A stretch of 32,114 nt of DNA. It comes from Candidatus Nanohaloarchaea archaeon. Lineage in GTDB: Archaea; Nanohalarchaeota; Nanosalinia; Nanosalinales; Nanosalinaceae. Where the stretch lies: positions 1-32,114 of the forward strand of contig JBDGSJ010000029.1 in the NCBI GenBank assembly GCA_042217585.1, given 5' to 3'. Within the stretch, counting starts at the first letter, position 1, and each line of letters starts with the position of its first letter. The translations under genes were made by a program, and so were the position numbers. The notes below the pieces were generated by a model. It was given only the letters and a program-made list of their open reading frames with translations, ran no database searches and had not been told where the DNA came from. This document shows positions 18,880 through 27,816 of this stretch, one piece after another.

Positions 18880-19530
18880 TTATTCAATTTCATCCCAGTA
18901 ATGGCCCGGTCTCTCAGTCGTGGTCACTTCCTGACCCCTCATGTCCTCGTAGATGATCTCCCTGTTCTGGTCCAGGTCCATGCTCCTGAGTTCGTCCATG
19001 GTGCTCAGGGCCGTGTCTGTCTCCGCCCTCTTGCCCACATCTATATTGTTACTCGCTGGTATCAGGTACTCCCAGTCATCGGTCAGCAGGTAACCTGTCT
19101 CCATCGCTCCCTCATACTTTTTCTCGTAACTCTCCGGCTCTTCATCCCTGAGAGGGCCCCTGAGAGCTACAGCCACCGGGTCGCCCTCAATCTCGCCGAG
19201 TATCCTCGCGGCTTCTTCCACACCTGCCTCGGTGAAGTGGATGTTCCGGGTCTCGCCCCGGCCGGTCTCCGACCTCTCGGCCGTCCTCACACTCATAACA
19301 GGTTCGCCGGGCTCATATACATCGAACTCTGCGGCGGAGATCTCCGGGACCGCCTCGTAACCCTGCCTCTCGCGGTCCGGTTCCAGACGCGTATCAAGGT
19401 CGAACCCGAGGTAGGCAAGGTCCTCGTCTCCTTCACGGAATACCGCATAGGAGCCGTCGTGACGGTCGAACTGTTCGGTTTGAAGCAGCGATCCAGAAAA
19501 GTCCCATCCTTCTCCAGCCTCGGAACTCAC
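18880..19530 (-). CDS. Hypothetical acidic protein
   Basis: 216-aa ORF with D/E-rich composition like neighbouring genes; GTG start; no motif recognised. Confidence 0.6.
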   Translation of the reverse strand: MSSEAGEGWDFSGSLLQTEQFDRHDGSYAVFREGDEDLAYLGFDLDTRLEPDRERQGYEAVPEISAAEFDVYEPGEPVMSVRTAERSETGRGETRNIHFTEAGVEEAARILGEIEGDPVAVALRGPLRDEEPESYEKKYEGAMETGYLLTDDWEYLIPASNNIDVGKRAETDTALSTMDELRSMDLDQNREIIYEDMRGQEVTTTERPGHYWDEIE

Positions 19531-19632
19531 GGCTCAAAACTGTGATCCAGAACTTAAGTAGATTGTGTTCACAGAGGAGTGAAAAAAGATTTTCTGGGAA
19601 TGATTTAAGCCTCTGACGGATAGTTGTAAACC

Positions 19633-20907
19633 ATGAAAGTATCAATCAGTTCTTCGTCAGTCTCCGGCCGGACCAAGATACCTCCAAGCAAGAGCTACAC
19701 CCATAGAGGCATACTTGTGGGAGCTCTCTCGGACGGGATGGAGGTGCTGGACCCCCTGAAAAGCGCCGATACAAGAGCCAGCATGGAATGTGCCGAATCC
19801 CTGGGAGCCGAGGTAGACGACTTCGGAGAAAGACTCGAGATAGAGGGAACCCGGGGAGAACCCGAGGTCCCGGAGGACGTCATGGGATGCGGTAACTCGG
19901 GGACGACGCTGAGGCTTTTCACGGGAGCCTCCGCGCTCTGTGAAGGGACCGCGGTCCTCACCGGGGACGAGAGCCTGCGCCAGCGCCCGAACGGACCGCT
20001 CCTCTCTTCACTGGAGGAGCTGGGCGCGAGAGCCAGATCCACGAACGGGGACGGGACCGCTCCGCTGGTCGTGGAGGGTCCAATCGATGGCGGAGAGACC
20101 ACTATCGATGGCACGGTTTCCTCCCAGTTCATCTCCTCCCTGCTTTTCACTCTTCCCCTGACGGAAGAAGGCGGGGAGATCACCGTGGAGGACGAACTGA
20201 AGAGCAGGCCCTACGTCGACATAACACTGGACGTCATGGAGAAGGCCGGGGTCAGCTACGAGGAGACCGAGAACGGCTTCTCCGTGGAGGGAGATCAGAG
20301 CTACGACGCGGACCGGTTCCAGGTACCCGGAGACTTCTCCAGCGCATCCTACCCGCTGGCGCTGGGCGCCCTTCACGACGGTATAGTCGCTGAGAACCTG
20401 TTCCCCAGCGCGCAGGGAGACTCCGTCATACTTGATCTCCTGGAGAGGATGGGCACTGATGTCGAGTGGGACCGTGACTCCGGTGTCGCCGAGATAGAGA
20501 GCGGGGAACTTACAGGCATCCGTTTCGACGCCGCCGACAACCCCGACCTGGCGCCGACCGTGGCGGTCCTGGGTGCCGCAGGCTCGGGCGAAACCGAGAT
20601 AGTGAACGCCGAGCACCTGCGTTACAAAGAGACGGATCGGCTGGAGGCTGTGGCCACCGAGCTCTCGAAGATGGGGGCCGATGTCGAAGAGGGTCAGGAC
20701 TACCTGAAGGTCGATGGCGACAGCTCCAGTCTTGAAGGCGCCGAGGTCGACGGCCGGGATGACCACAGGATCGTGATGGCGCTCGCGGTCGCCGCATCAG
20801 TGGCGGACGGAGAAACCGTTATAGAGACCGCAGAGAGCGTGAACATCTCCTACCCGGGCTTCTTCCGGAAGATGTCGTCCCTCGGTCTCGACGTGAAGGA
20901 GATCTGA
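19633..20907 (+). CDS. aroA: 3-phosphoshikimate 1-carboxyvinyltransferase (EPSP synthase)
   Basis: PPSKSYTHR, GNSGTTLR, SSQFISS, LRYKETDR, DHRIVM. Confidence 0.97.
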   Translation: MKVSISSSSVSGRTKIPPSKSYTHRGILVGALSDGMEVLDPLKSADTRASMECAESLGAEVDDFGERLEIEGTRGEPEVPEDVMGCGNSGTTLRLFTGASALCEGTAVLTGDESLRQRPNGPLLSSLEELGARARSTNGDGTAPLVVEGPIDGGETTIDGTVSSQFISSLLFTLPLTEEGGEITVEDELKSRPYVDITLDVMEKAGVSYEETENGFSVEGDQSYDADRFQVPGDFSSASYPLALGALHDGIVAENLFPSAQGDSVILDLLERMGTDVEWDRDSGVAEIESGELTGIRFDAADNPDLAPTVAVLGAAGSGETEIVNAEHLRYKETDRLEAVATELSKMGADVEEGQDYLKVDGDSSSLEGAEVDGRDDHRIVMALAVAASVADGETVIETAESVNISYPGFFRKMSSLGLDVKEI

Positions 20908-20963
20908 GCGTGATCTCGAGGGCTCTCCCAAAATAGTTAACGGTAGGTGGCCCAACTGGGAGT

Positions 20964-22106
20964 ATGAACGGAAACAGTCTAGGACGTCTATTTCAGCTCA
21001 CGACTTTTGGAGAAAGCCACGGCGAGGCGATGGGATGTATCGTCAGCGGCTGTCCCGCAGGCCTGGAACTTTCGGAGGAGGACATACAGGAGGAACTCGA
21101 CCGGCGGAAGCCGGGACAGTCCGAGGTCACCACGTCAAGGGATGAGCCCGACGCCGTCAAGATAATGAGCGGACTCCAGGACGGCTATACCACGGGAACC
21201 CCGATAGGGATGATAATCCAGAACAAGGACTCCGACTCCACCAAATACCACCAGCTGATAACCGCTCCAAGGCCGAGCCACGGAGACTTCACGTACAGCT
21301 CCAAGTTCGGCACGAGGAACTGGGGAGGTGGCGGAAGGTCCAGCCAGCGGGAGACCGTCAACTGGGTCGCCGCCGGCGCCATCGCGAAAAAGATACTGAA
21401 CAAGCACGGGATAGAGGTCAAGGCCCACACCAACCAGCTCGACGACATAAAGGCTGGCGAGGTAGACTTCGAGACCATGCGGGAGGATGCCGAGGAGAAC
21501 ATGGTCCGGTGCGCGGACCAGGAAGCTGCCGAGAAGATGGAGGAACGCATCAAGGAGTACAAGGAGGAGGGCGACTCCATCGGCGGAGGGGTTTACTTCG
21601 AGGCCCGCGGCGTACCGAGAGGGCTGGGCGCTCCCCGGTTCGACGGCGTCCCCGCCAGACTGGGAAAAGCACTGATGGCGGTCCCCGCGGTCAACTCATT
21701 CGAGTTCGGTCTCGGGAAGGAAGTCAGGACCACCAACGGACACTCCAGGAACGATCCATGGGAGTTCGACGAGAACAGCGATCCGAAACCGGCAGAGAAC
21801 GACCACGGAGGCCTCCAGGGAGGCATCACCACCGGAGAACCCATCTACGGAGAGGTCAGCGTCCACGCACCGACATCGATAACCAAGGACCAGAAGACCG
21901 TGGACTGGGAGACCGGAGAGGAGAAAGAGATACAGGTCACCGGAAGACACGACCCCTCCCTACCGCCGCGGCACGTCCCGATCATCGAGGCGGTCCTCAG
22001 GCTGACGCTTCTCGACTTCATGCTTCTCTCAGGCAGGATAAACCCGGACAGGCTGGACGACCAGCCCGGCGAGTACGACACCGACTACCACCCCTCCGAG
22101 CCGTGA
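20964..22106 (+). CDS. aroC: Chorismate synthase
   Basis: TTFGESHG, RRKPGQS, PRPSHGD, GGGRSSQRET, GGITTG, GRHDP. Confidence 0.96.
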   Translation: MNGNSLGRLFQLTTFGESHGEAMGCIVSGCPAGLELSEEDIQEELDRRKPGQSEVTTSRDEPDAVKIMSGLQDGYTTGTPIGMIIQNKDSDSTKYHQLITAPRPSHGDFTYSSKFGTRNWGGGGRSSQRETVNWVAAGAIAKKILNKHGIEVKAHTNQLDDIKAGEVDFETMREDAEENMVRCADQEAAEKMEERIKEYKEEGDSIGGGVYFEARGVPRGLGAPRFDGVPARLGKALMAVPAVNSFEFGLGKEVRTTNGHSRNDPWEFDENSDPKPAENDHGGLQGGITTGEPIYGEVSVHAPTSITKDQKTVDWETGEEKEIQVTGRHDPSLPPRHVPIIEAVLRLTLLDFMLLSGRINPDRLDDQPGEYDTDYHPSEP

Positions 22107-22112
22107 GCAAGC

Positions 22113-22961
22113 ATGAAGGGAAAAGCCAGCGCACCCGGAGCACTTACCGTCATCAACGCCATATCAACTCTGAAGGGCTCCGCGTTCGCGATAGACCTCA
22201 GGACCACTGCAGAGGTCGAACTCGACCCCGGAAGGGATGAAGTCAGGGGCGAGATAGAGGGGAAGCCGGATGAGGACACCGAGATGATAGAGAGATGCGT
22301 CGAACTGGTCCTGGACCGTTTCGACGTGGACGCAGGTGGAGAAGTCAGGACCTCGGGCGAGATACCGATGGCGAGCGGCCTGAAATCCAGTAGCGCCGCC
22401 GCGAACGCCGCGGTCCTCGCCACACTGGAGGCTATAGATGAGGAGATGGACCGCAGGGAGGCGACCCTGATAGGAGTGCAGGCATCCAGGGACGCCGGCG
22501 TAACCGTGACAGGGGCGCTGGACGACGCCTCCTCCTCGATGCTCGGCGGCGTGGTCGTCACCGACAACTCGGAGGACGAGGTCCTCCACCACGAGGAGTT
22601 CGAGAGGTACTGCGCGGTCTACATACCGGACGAATCAGTCAGGAGCGTGGACACCGACGTGGACCGGTCGAAGACCATCTCCCCGGTAATAGAGGAGGTC
22701 TTCGAGATCGCGATGGACGGAAGGTACGCCCGGGCGATGACCATCAACGGACTGGCCTACTGCGCAGCACTGGATTTCGACACCGGTCCGGTCATCGAGG
22801 CCCTGGAACACTGCGAGGGGGCAAGCCTGAGCGGGACCGGTCCCTCGTACGGCGCGATAGGTACCGAGGAAGAAGTTGAGAGTGTCCTCGACGAATGGGA
22901 GGACCTACCCGGTGAGACGATGAAACTTAGGACCGACAACACCGGAGGAAGGAAGGAGTGA
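22113..22961 (+). CDS. aroK: Archaeal shikimate kinase (GHMP family)
   Basis: IPMASGLKSSSAAANA, VTVTGALDDA, SLSGTGPS; between aroC and aroE. Confidence 0.94.
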   Translation: MKGKASAPGALTVINAISTLKGSAFAIDLRTTAEVELDPGRDEVRGEIEGKPDEDTEMIERCVELVLDRFDVDAGGEVRTSGEIPMASGLKSSSAAANAAVLATLEAIDEEMDRREATLIGVQASRDAGVTVTGALDDASSSMLGGVVVTDNSEDEVLHHEEFERYCAVYIPDESVRSVDTDVDRSKTISPVIEEVFEIAMDGRYARAMTINGLAYCAALDFDTGPVIEALEHCEGASLSGTGPSYGAIGTEEEVESVLDEWEDLPGETMKLRTDNTGGRKE

Positions 22962-23776
22962 AGACCTTCGGACTGATCGGATACCCCGTCGAGCACTCGC
23001 TCTCCCCCGAGATGCAGGAGACAGGGCTGGAGGAGCTCGGGATAAACGGACGGTACTGCCTCTACCCTGTCGAGGACGGGGACGTGGAGCAGGCGCTGAA
23101 GGGAGCCTTCGCCCTTGGCATAGACGGCCTGAACGTCACGATACCACACAAGCAGGCGGTCGCCGAGTCAGAGATGGTTGAGACCTCCGAACTTGCGGAG
23201 AGGATAGGAGCCGTGAACACAGTGGAATTCACGGATAACGGTATCAGGGGATACAACACCGATGCCCGCGGCGCGAGAAGGGCCCTGGAGAGACACGAAG
23301 TCGATATAGAGGGCTCGGAGGCCGTCGTGGTCGGGGCGGGAGGTGCCTCGCGCGCCATCTCCTTCATGCTGGCTGACAGCGGGGCGGAAGTATCGATCGC
23401 GAACAGGACCTATGGGAAGGCCGAGGAACTCGCGGAAAACGTCTCCAGGATGGGAGACGCGTCAGGACACCCTCTCGAAGATCTCGAGGAGCTCGTGGGA
23501 AAGGCCGACATCCTGGTGAACGCGACAAGCGTCGGGATGGAGGAGGACAGGTCAGTGGTCCCCGCGGAGCACCTCCACTCTGACCTCACGGTCCTCGACG
23601 CGGTCTACAGACCTCTCGAAACGAAACTGCTGCGTGACGCAGAGAGGAAGGGAGCGAAGACCGTCGACGGCGCATGGATGCTGCTTTACCAGGGAACGGA
23701 AGCTTTCGAGATATGGACCGGGAGGGAGGCGCCGGTCGACGCGATGAACCAGGCCCTGAGGGACGAACTCGAGTAA
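22958..23776 (+). CDS. aroE: Shikimate dehydrogenase
   Basis: HSLSP, NVTIPHK, GAVNT, NTD, GAGGASRA, NRT, MLLYQG. Confidence 0.96.
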   Translation: MKTFGLIGYPVEHSLSPEMQETGLEELGINGRYCLYPVEDGDVEQALKGAFALGIDGLNVTIPHKQAVAESEMVETSELAERIGAVNTVEFTDNGIRGYNTDARGARRALERHEVDIEGSEAVVVGAGGASRAISFMLADSGAEVSIANRTYGKAEELAENVSRMGDASGHPLEDLEELVGKADILVNATSVGMEEDRSVVPAEHLHSDLTVLDAVYRPLETKLLRDAERKGAKTVDGAWMLLYQGTEAFEIWTGREAPVDAMNQALRDELE

Positions 23777-23777
23777 C

Positions 23778-24953
23778 TCAGGAGTACTTCCGCAGTGCTT
23801 CGACCGCCGCGAGGTCCTCGCCGCTCATGAACCTGACGAAGGCTCCTCCCGCGATGGAGACGTGGCTGAAGTCCTCCAGCTCGTAGCCGTACCTCTGGAC
23901 CAGCGAGGAGGTGTGTCCCCCGCCGAGGACCGCGTAAGAGTCGGACTCCGCGATCGCCGAGACCACGGCACGGGTCCCGTCCTCATGGCCCTCGTCGAAG
24001 GCTCCCACCGGCCCCTTCATGACCACCGAGTCGGCCTCCTCTATCTCCCTGACGAACTTCTCCTGCGTCGTCTCGCCTATGTCCCAGACGGTCTCGTCCT
24101 CCGGGACCTCTCCCACCTCGTGGTTTCCGGAGCCGGACCTCACGTCCTCTGGAAGGGTTATCTTGTCGCCGTGTTCATCCAGGAGCTCTCTCAGCTCCTT
24201 TTCTTTCGAGTCGAAGCCGCGTTCTCTTATCCACTCTGTCTTCTCGCCGAGCTCGTTTCCCTGTATCATCAGGGCGAGTTCGCCGGGTATACCGCCCATG
24301 AGAACCTGGTCGACCGTGTCTATCATCTCCTCCAGCATACCTACGATGTCCGAGGGTTTCTCCCCGCCGACCACGAGTAGTCCGCTGTCGAACTCGTCCC
24401 GGACCTTCCTGCAGTTCTCGAGCTCGCTCTCCATTATCGGACCGGCGTAGCAGTCGAGGTCCCTGTTGAACCCGACTATCGAGCCGTGGGACCTGTGGGC
24501 CGCGGAAAAGGCGTCGTTGACGTAAAGATCGAAGTATCTCTTGAGGTTGTTCACGAAGTAGTCCTGTGCGTGTCTCTCGGGACTGATGTTCTGGAGCTCC
24601 TCGGAGAGGAACCTCATGTTCTCCAGCAGGACCACGTCGCCGTCCTCCATGGACGCTATGGACTCCCCGACCTCGGAGCCGAAGAAGCATCTCACGAATC
24701 CGACTTCACGGTCCATGTGATCCGACATCAGCCCGGAGTGCTGCTCCAGCGAGAGGAAGTCATCCCTCGCCGGCCTTCCCTGGTGCGCCAGCACCACGGT
24801 CCGTGCGCCTCTCTCGCTGAGCTCCCGGACCGTCTCCATATACCTCCTGAACCTGACGGTGGGCTGCGGTTCCCCGTCTTCTATCGGGAGATTTAGGTCT
24901 GTTCTCAGAAGCACCGTCTCGCTCTCCACGTCGACGTCCTCCATGCTGTTCAT
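23778..24953 (-). CDS. pgk: Phosphoglycerate kinase
   Basis: LRTDLNLP, HQGRP, LLENMRF, VNDAFSAAHR, LGGGHT, HVSIAGGA. Confidence 0.96.
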   Translation of the reverse strand: MNSMEDVDVESETVLLRTDLNLPIEDGEPQPTVRFRRYMETVRELSERGARTVVLAHQGRPARDDFLSLEQHSGLMSDHMDREVGFVRCFFGSEVGESIASMEDGDVVLLENMRFLSEELQNISPERHAQDYFVNNLKRYFDLYVNDAFSAAHRSHGSIVGFNRDLDCYAGPIMESELENCRKVRDEFDSGLLVVGGEKPSDIVGMLEEMIDTVDQVLMGGIPGELALMIQGNELGEKTEWIRERGFDSKEKELRELLDEHGDKITLPEDVRSGSGNHEVGEVPEDETVWDIGETTQEKFVREIEEADSVVMKGPVGAFDEGHEDGTRAVVSAIAESDSYAVLGGGHTSSLVQRYGYELEDFSHVSIAGGAFVRFMSGEDLAAVEALRKYS

Positions 24954-25021
24954 CCTTGGAACCTCGTAATACGGAGTATTACCGCGCTTAGTTTTTAATT
25001 TAACTGGCCCGAATCCGACCC

Positions 25022-25765
25022 ATGACCAGTTTAAAAACCGGCAGATATAAACCCCGTCTGGTATACTTCCTGATCTTCCTGAACCTCGTGGTCTTCGCCG
25101 CCCAGATAGCTCTCCCGCTCGAGACAGTGAAGCAGTACGCGTTCAGCATGGAGAACCTGCTCCAGAACCCTGTCTCGGTCCTGAGCTACGGCTTCATGCA
25201 CGCCGGACCTGGCCACATAGCCGGGAACATGGTGGCGCTGTTCCTCCAGGGACGGATACTTGAGAGGTCCACCGGAAAGGGGAAACTCGCGCTGACCTAC
25301 GCCGCCGGGACCATCGCAGGAGGCCTTGTCTGGCTCCCGCTGAACCCCGAGGCCTCGCTGGTCGGTGCGTCCGCCGCGACCTCCGCGATACTCGGTGCGA
25401 ACGTCCTCGCATCGCCGGACCGCTCCCTGCTCGAGGAGGTCCCTCTCCTGAGAAGGATACCTCTTCCCGGGATAAGGAACTTCTTCTCAGTCGCGGTCTG
25501 GGCCGCGCTGATGCTGATATTCAACATACAGGCCACGGTGAAGGGTGCGGGCGATGTGGCGACCATCGCGCACCTCGGAGGATTCGCCGCGGGAGCGATG
25601 CTGATATGGACCACAGGCGAAACTGACAGCAGGAAAGGCGCGGTCCTCACACCGGTCTTCGCGCTACTGATGGCAGGAATAGCGCTTTCCGCAGCGGGCT
25701 CCACCGTCTACTGGGCTCTACTTCTGCTGTTCGTTGTGCTGGCACTCAGCGTGAGGAGGCTCTGA
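25022..25765 (+). CDS. Rhomboid family intramembrane serine protease
   Basis: FMHAGPGHIAGNM, GASA catalytic Ser, AHLGG catalytic His; hydrophobic. Confidence 0.9.
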   Translation: MTSLKTGRYKPRLVYFLIFLNLVVFAAQIALPLETVKQYAFSMENLLQNPVSVLSYGFMHAGPGHIAGNMVALFLQGRILERSTGKGKLALTYAAGTIAGGLVWLPLNPEASLVGASAATSAILGANVLASPDRSLLEEVPLLRRIPLPGIRNFFSVAVWAALMLIFNIQATVKGAGDVATIAHLGGFAAGAMLIWTTGETDSRKGAVLTPVFALLMAGIALSAAGSTVYWALLLLFVVLALSVRRL

Positions 25766-25813
25766 GGGGAAGTGTATTTAAGACTGGACTGTGAACTCTC
25801 CGGTGTGGTACCC

Positions 25814-25867
25814 ATGACAACCAAGGGTGGATGTTTTGGATCTGCCGCAAGGCAGGACTCCGAATGA
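25814..25867 (+). CDS. glyS leader uORF MTTKGGCFGSAARQDSE (17 aa)
   Basis: TATTTAA 25775-25781 upstream; ATG 25814; Gly codon 25838-25840 after TTT; +1 frame ends in TGA 25920-25922 overlapping the glyS ATG. Confidence 0.75.
   Translation: MTTKGGCFGSAARQDSE
25823..25840 (+). promoter_or_regulatory. Putative +1 frameshift cassette, Gly sensor (AAG GGT GGA TGT TTT GGA)
   Basis: Same cassette as in the trp leaders, with the sensor codon changed from TGG to GGA. Confidence 0.72.
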
Positions 25868-25918
25868 CGCATTTTACGTTCTCAAAACCTTTGATACAGC
25901 CGAGGAAGTGACCTCGAT

Positions 25919-27646
25919 ATGAGCGAGTCAGAGGAACTGGACGAGATAGCAAGGAGAAGAGGTTTCTACTCCCAGACCGCGGAATCCTACGGCGGTGTCG
26001 CCGGCTTCTACACCTTCGGTCCTGAAGGCGCCGAACTGAAGAGGAACATAGAGAACTCGTGGCGCGACTGGTTCAGGATACGTGAGGGCCACAGGGAGAT
26101 AGAGGCGCCGACGATCATGCCGGAACCGATCTTCGAGTCCTCCGGCCACCTCGACGGCTTCGACGACATGATAATCGAATGCCCCGAGTGCGGTACGAGC
26201 TCGAGGGCGGACCACCTCGTCGAGGACAACACCGATATCGAGGAGGCGGAGAGCTTTTCCACGGACCAGATAGAGGCGCTCATCGAGGATCACGACCTCT
26301 GCTGCCCGACCTGCGGACACGACCTGACAGGTATCGAGGTGGACGACTTCAACCTGATGTTCAGCACGAACATCGGTCCAGGCGACTCCTCGCCCGGCTA
26401 CCTCAGGCCCGAGACCGCACAAGGCATCTTCGCCGAGTTCCCGAGGTTCAAGGAGTACGCCCGCGAACAGCTGCCCTTCGCGATCACACAGCTCGGAAAG
26501 GCGTACAGGAACGAGATAAGCCCGCGGAACGCGCTGGTCCGGGTCCGCGAGTTCACCCAGGCGGAGCTGGAGCACTTCATAGATCCTGAGAGGGATGAAC
26601 CGGAGCTCGAAAAGGTCGAGGACATCGAGCTGAAGCTCTATCCCGCCGAGAAACAGGGAGAGGGCGAATACGTCAGGGCGACGGTCCGCGAGGCGGTCGA
26701 GAACGGTATAATCGAGTCAGAGTGGATCGCCTACTACCTCGGACTGGCGAAGCAGTGGTACATGAGCATAGGCGTCGACATGGACCGATTCAGGTTCAGG
26801 CAGCACCTGGAGGGCGAGAGAGCCCATTACGCCACGGACTGCTGGGACGCCGAGAGCGAGGTCGACGGCGACTGGATAGAGATAGCCGGTTTCGCCTACA
26901 GGGGCTGCTACGACCTGAAGAAGCACCACGAGAACTCCGAGGACGACTTCAGGATATTCAGACAGTACGACGAGCCGAAGACCGTCGAGGATAAGACCGT
27001 CAACCCTGACATGGGATACCTCGGCCCCGAGTACGGAGAGAAAGCCGGCGACATAGCAGAAAGCCTTGAAAAACTCGCAGAGGACGAACCCGAGGCGTTC
27101 GACTCCGATCACGTGACCGTGACGGTCGGCGACGAGGAGTTCGAGATACCGTCCGGAAAGGCGAACTTCAGCGTCGAGGAGAAGGAGAAGAACGGCGAGA
27201 AGTTCCTTCCGCACGTCGTCGAGCCCTCCTTCGGTATCGGCAGGACTGTCTACACGGTCCTCGCCCACCGGATGGAGGAAGAGGAGATAGAAGACGGTGA
27301 GAGGACCGTGATGAGGTTCTCACCGGAGATAGCGCCGACGGAGGTCGCCGTCCTTCCCCTGATGGACAAGGAGGGCATGGGAGAGAAGGCAGAGGAACTG
27401 GTCCGGCGGCTCAGGGCCGAGAGCTTCTCCGTCAGCGCTGATACCTCGGGAAGCATCGGTAGACGTTACCGGAGGCAGGACGAGGTCGGTACACCTGTCT
27501 GCGTCACCGTCGACTACGAGACGCTTGAGGAGGGCACCGTCACTCTGAGGGACCGGGACTCCACGGAGCAGGCCCGGGTGGATGTCGAGGACCTCGAGAG
27601 AAGCATCATAAGGTTCCTCTCCGGAACGGAGCTTGAGGACCTGTGA
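25919..27646 (+). CDS. glyS: Glycyl-tRNA synthetase (archaeal/eukaryotic alpha2 type)
   Basis: LRPETAQGIF, YRNEISPR, RVREFTQAELE, AHYA, VVEPSFGIGR, SIGRRYRRQDEVG. Confidence 0.97.
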   Translation: MSESEELDEIARRRGFYSQTAESYGGVAGFYTFGPEGAELKRNIENSWRDWFRIREGHREIEAPTIMPEPIFESSGHLDGFDDMIIECPECGTSSRADHLVEDNTDIEEAESFSTDQIEALIEDHDLCCPTCGHDLTGIEVDDFNLMFSTNIGPGDSSPGYLRPETAQGIFAEFPRFKEYAREQLPFAITQLGKAYRNEISPRNALVRVREFTQAELEHFIDPERDEPELEKVEDIELKLYPAEKQGEGEYVRATVREAVENGIIESEWIAYYLGLAKQWYMSIGVDMDRFRFRQHLEGERAHYATDCWDAESEVDGDWIEIAGFAYRGCYDLKKHHENSEDDFRIFRQYDEPKTVEDKTVNPDMGYLGPEYGEKAGDIAESLEKLAEDEPEAFDSDHVTVTVGDEEFEIPSGKANFSVEEKEKNGEKFLPHVVEPSFGIGRTVYTVLAHRMEEEEIEDGERTVMRFSPEIAPTEVAVLPLMDKEGMGEKAEELVRRLRAESFSVSADTSGSIGRRYRRQDEVGTPVCVTVDYETLEEGTVTLRDRDSTEQARVDVEDLERSIIRFLSGTELEDL

Positions 27647-27816
27647 TAGAGGTCAGCGTCGAGTGCGACGAGTGCGGCGAGGAGACTGATCTCGCGGTGG
27701 GGGAGGATATCTCCCACCACATCCCCACCGTCACCTGCGACAGCTGCGGGCATGATATCGACGCCGGGGACCGCTGCCTCGTGTGTGAGTCAGGGAAGGA
27801 CTGTCCTGCGTCATGA
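27643..27816 (+). CDS. Small Cys-rich zinc-finger protein (57 aa), absent from the ORF track
   Basis: GTG overlaps the glyS TGA; MIEVSVECDECGEETDLAVGEDISHHIPTVTCDSCGHDIDAGDRCLVCESGKDCPAS; three CxxC motifs, acidic. Confidence 0.75.
   Translation: MIEVSVECDECGEETDLAVGEDISHHIPTVTCDSCGHDIDAGDRCLVCESGKDCPAS

Noticed and set aside
25827..25922. Independent ORFs starting at the GTG inside the cassette (+1 frame)
   Set aside because: Possible but disfavoured: no SD at suitable spacing upstream of the GTG, and it would not explain the Trp/Gly codon match in the ATG frame. Not fully excluded without Ribo-seq.
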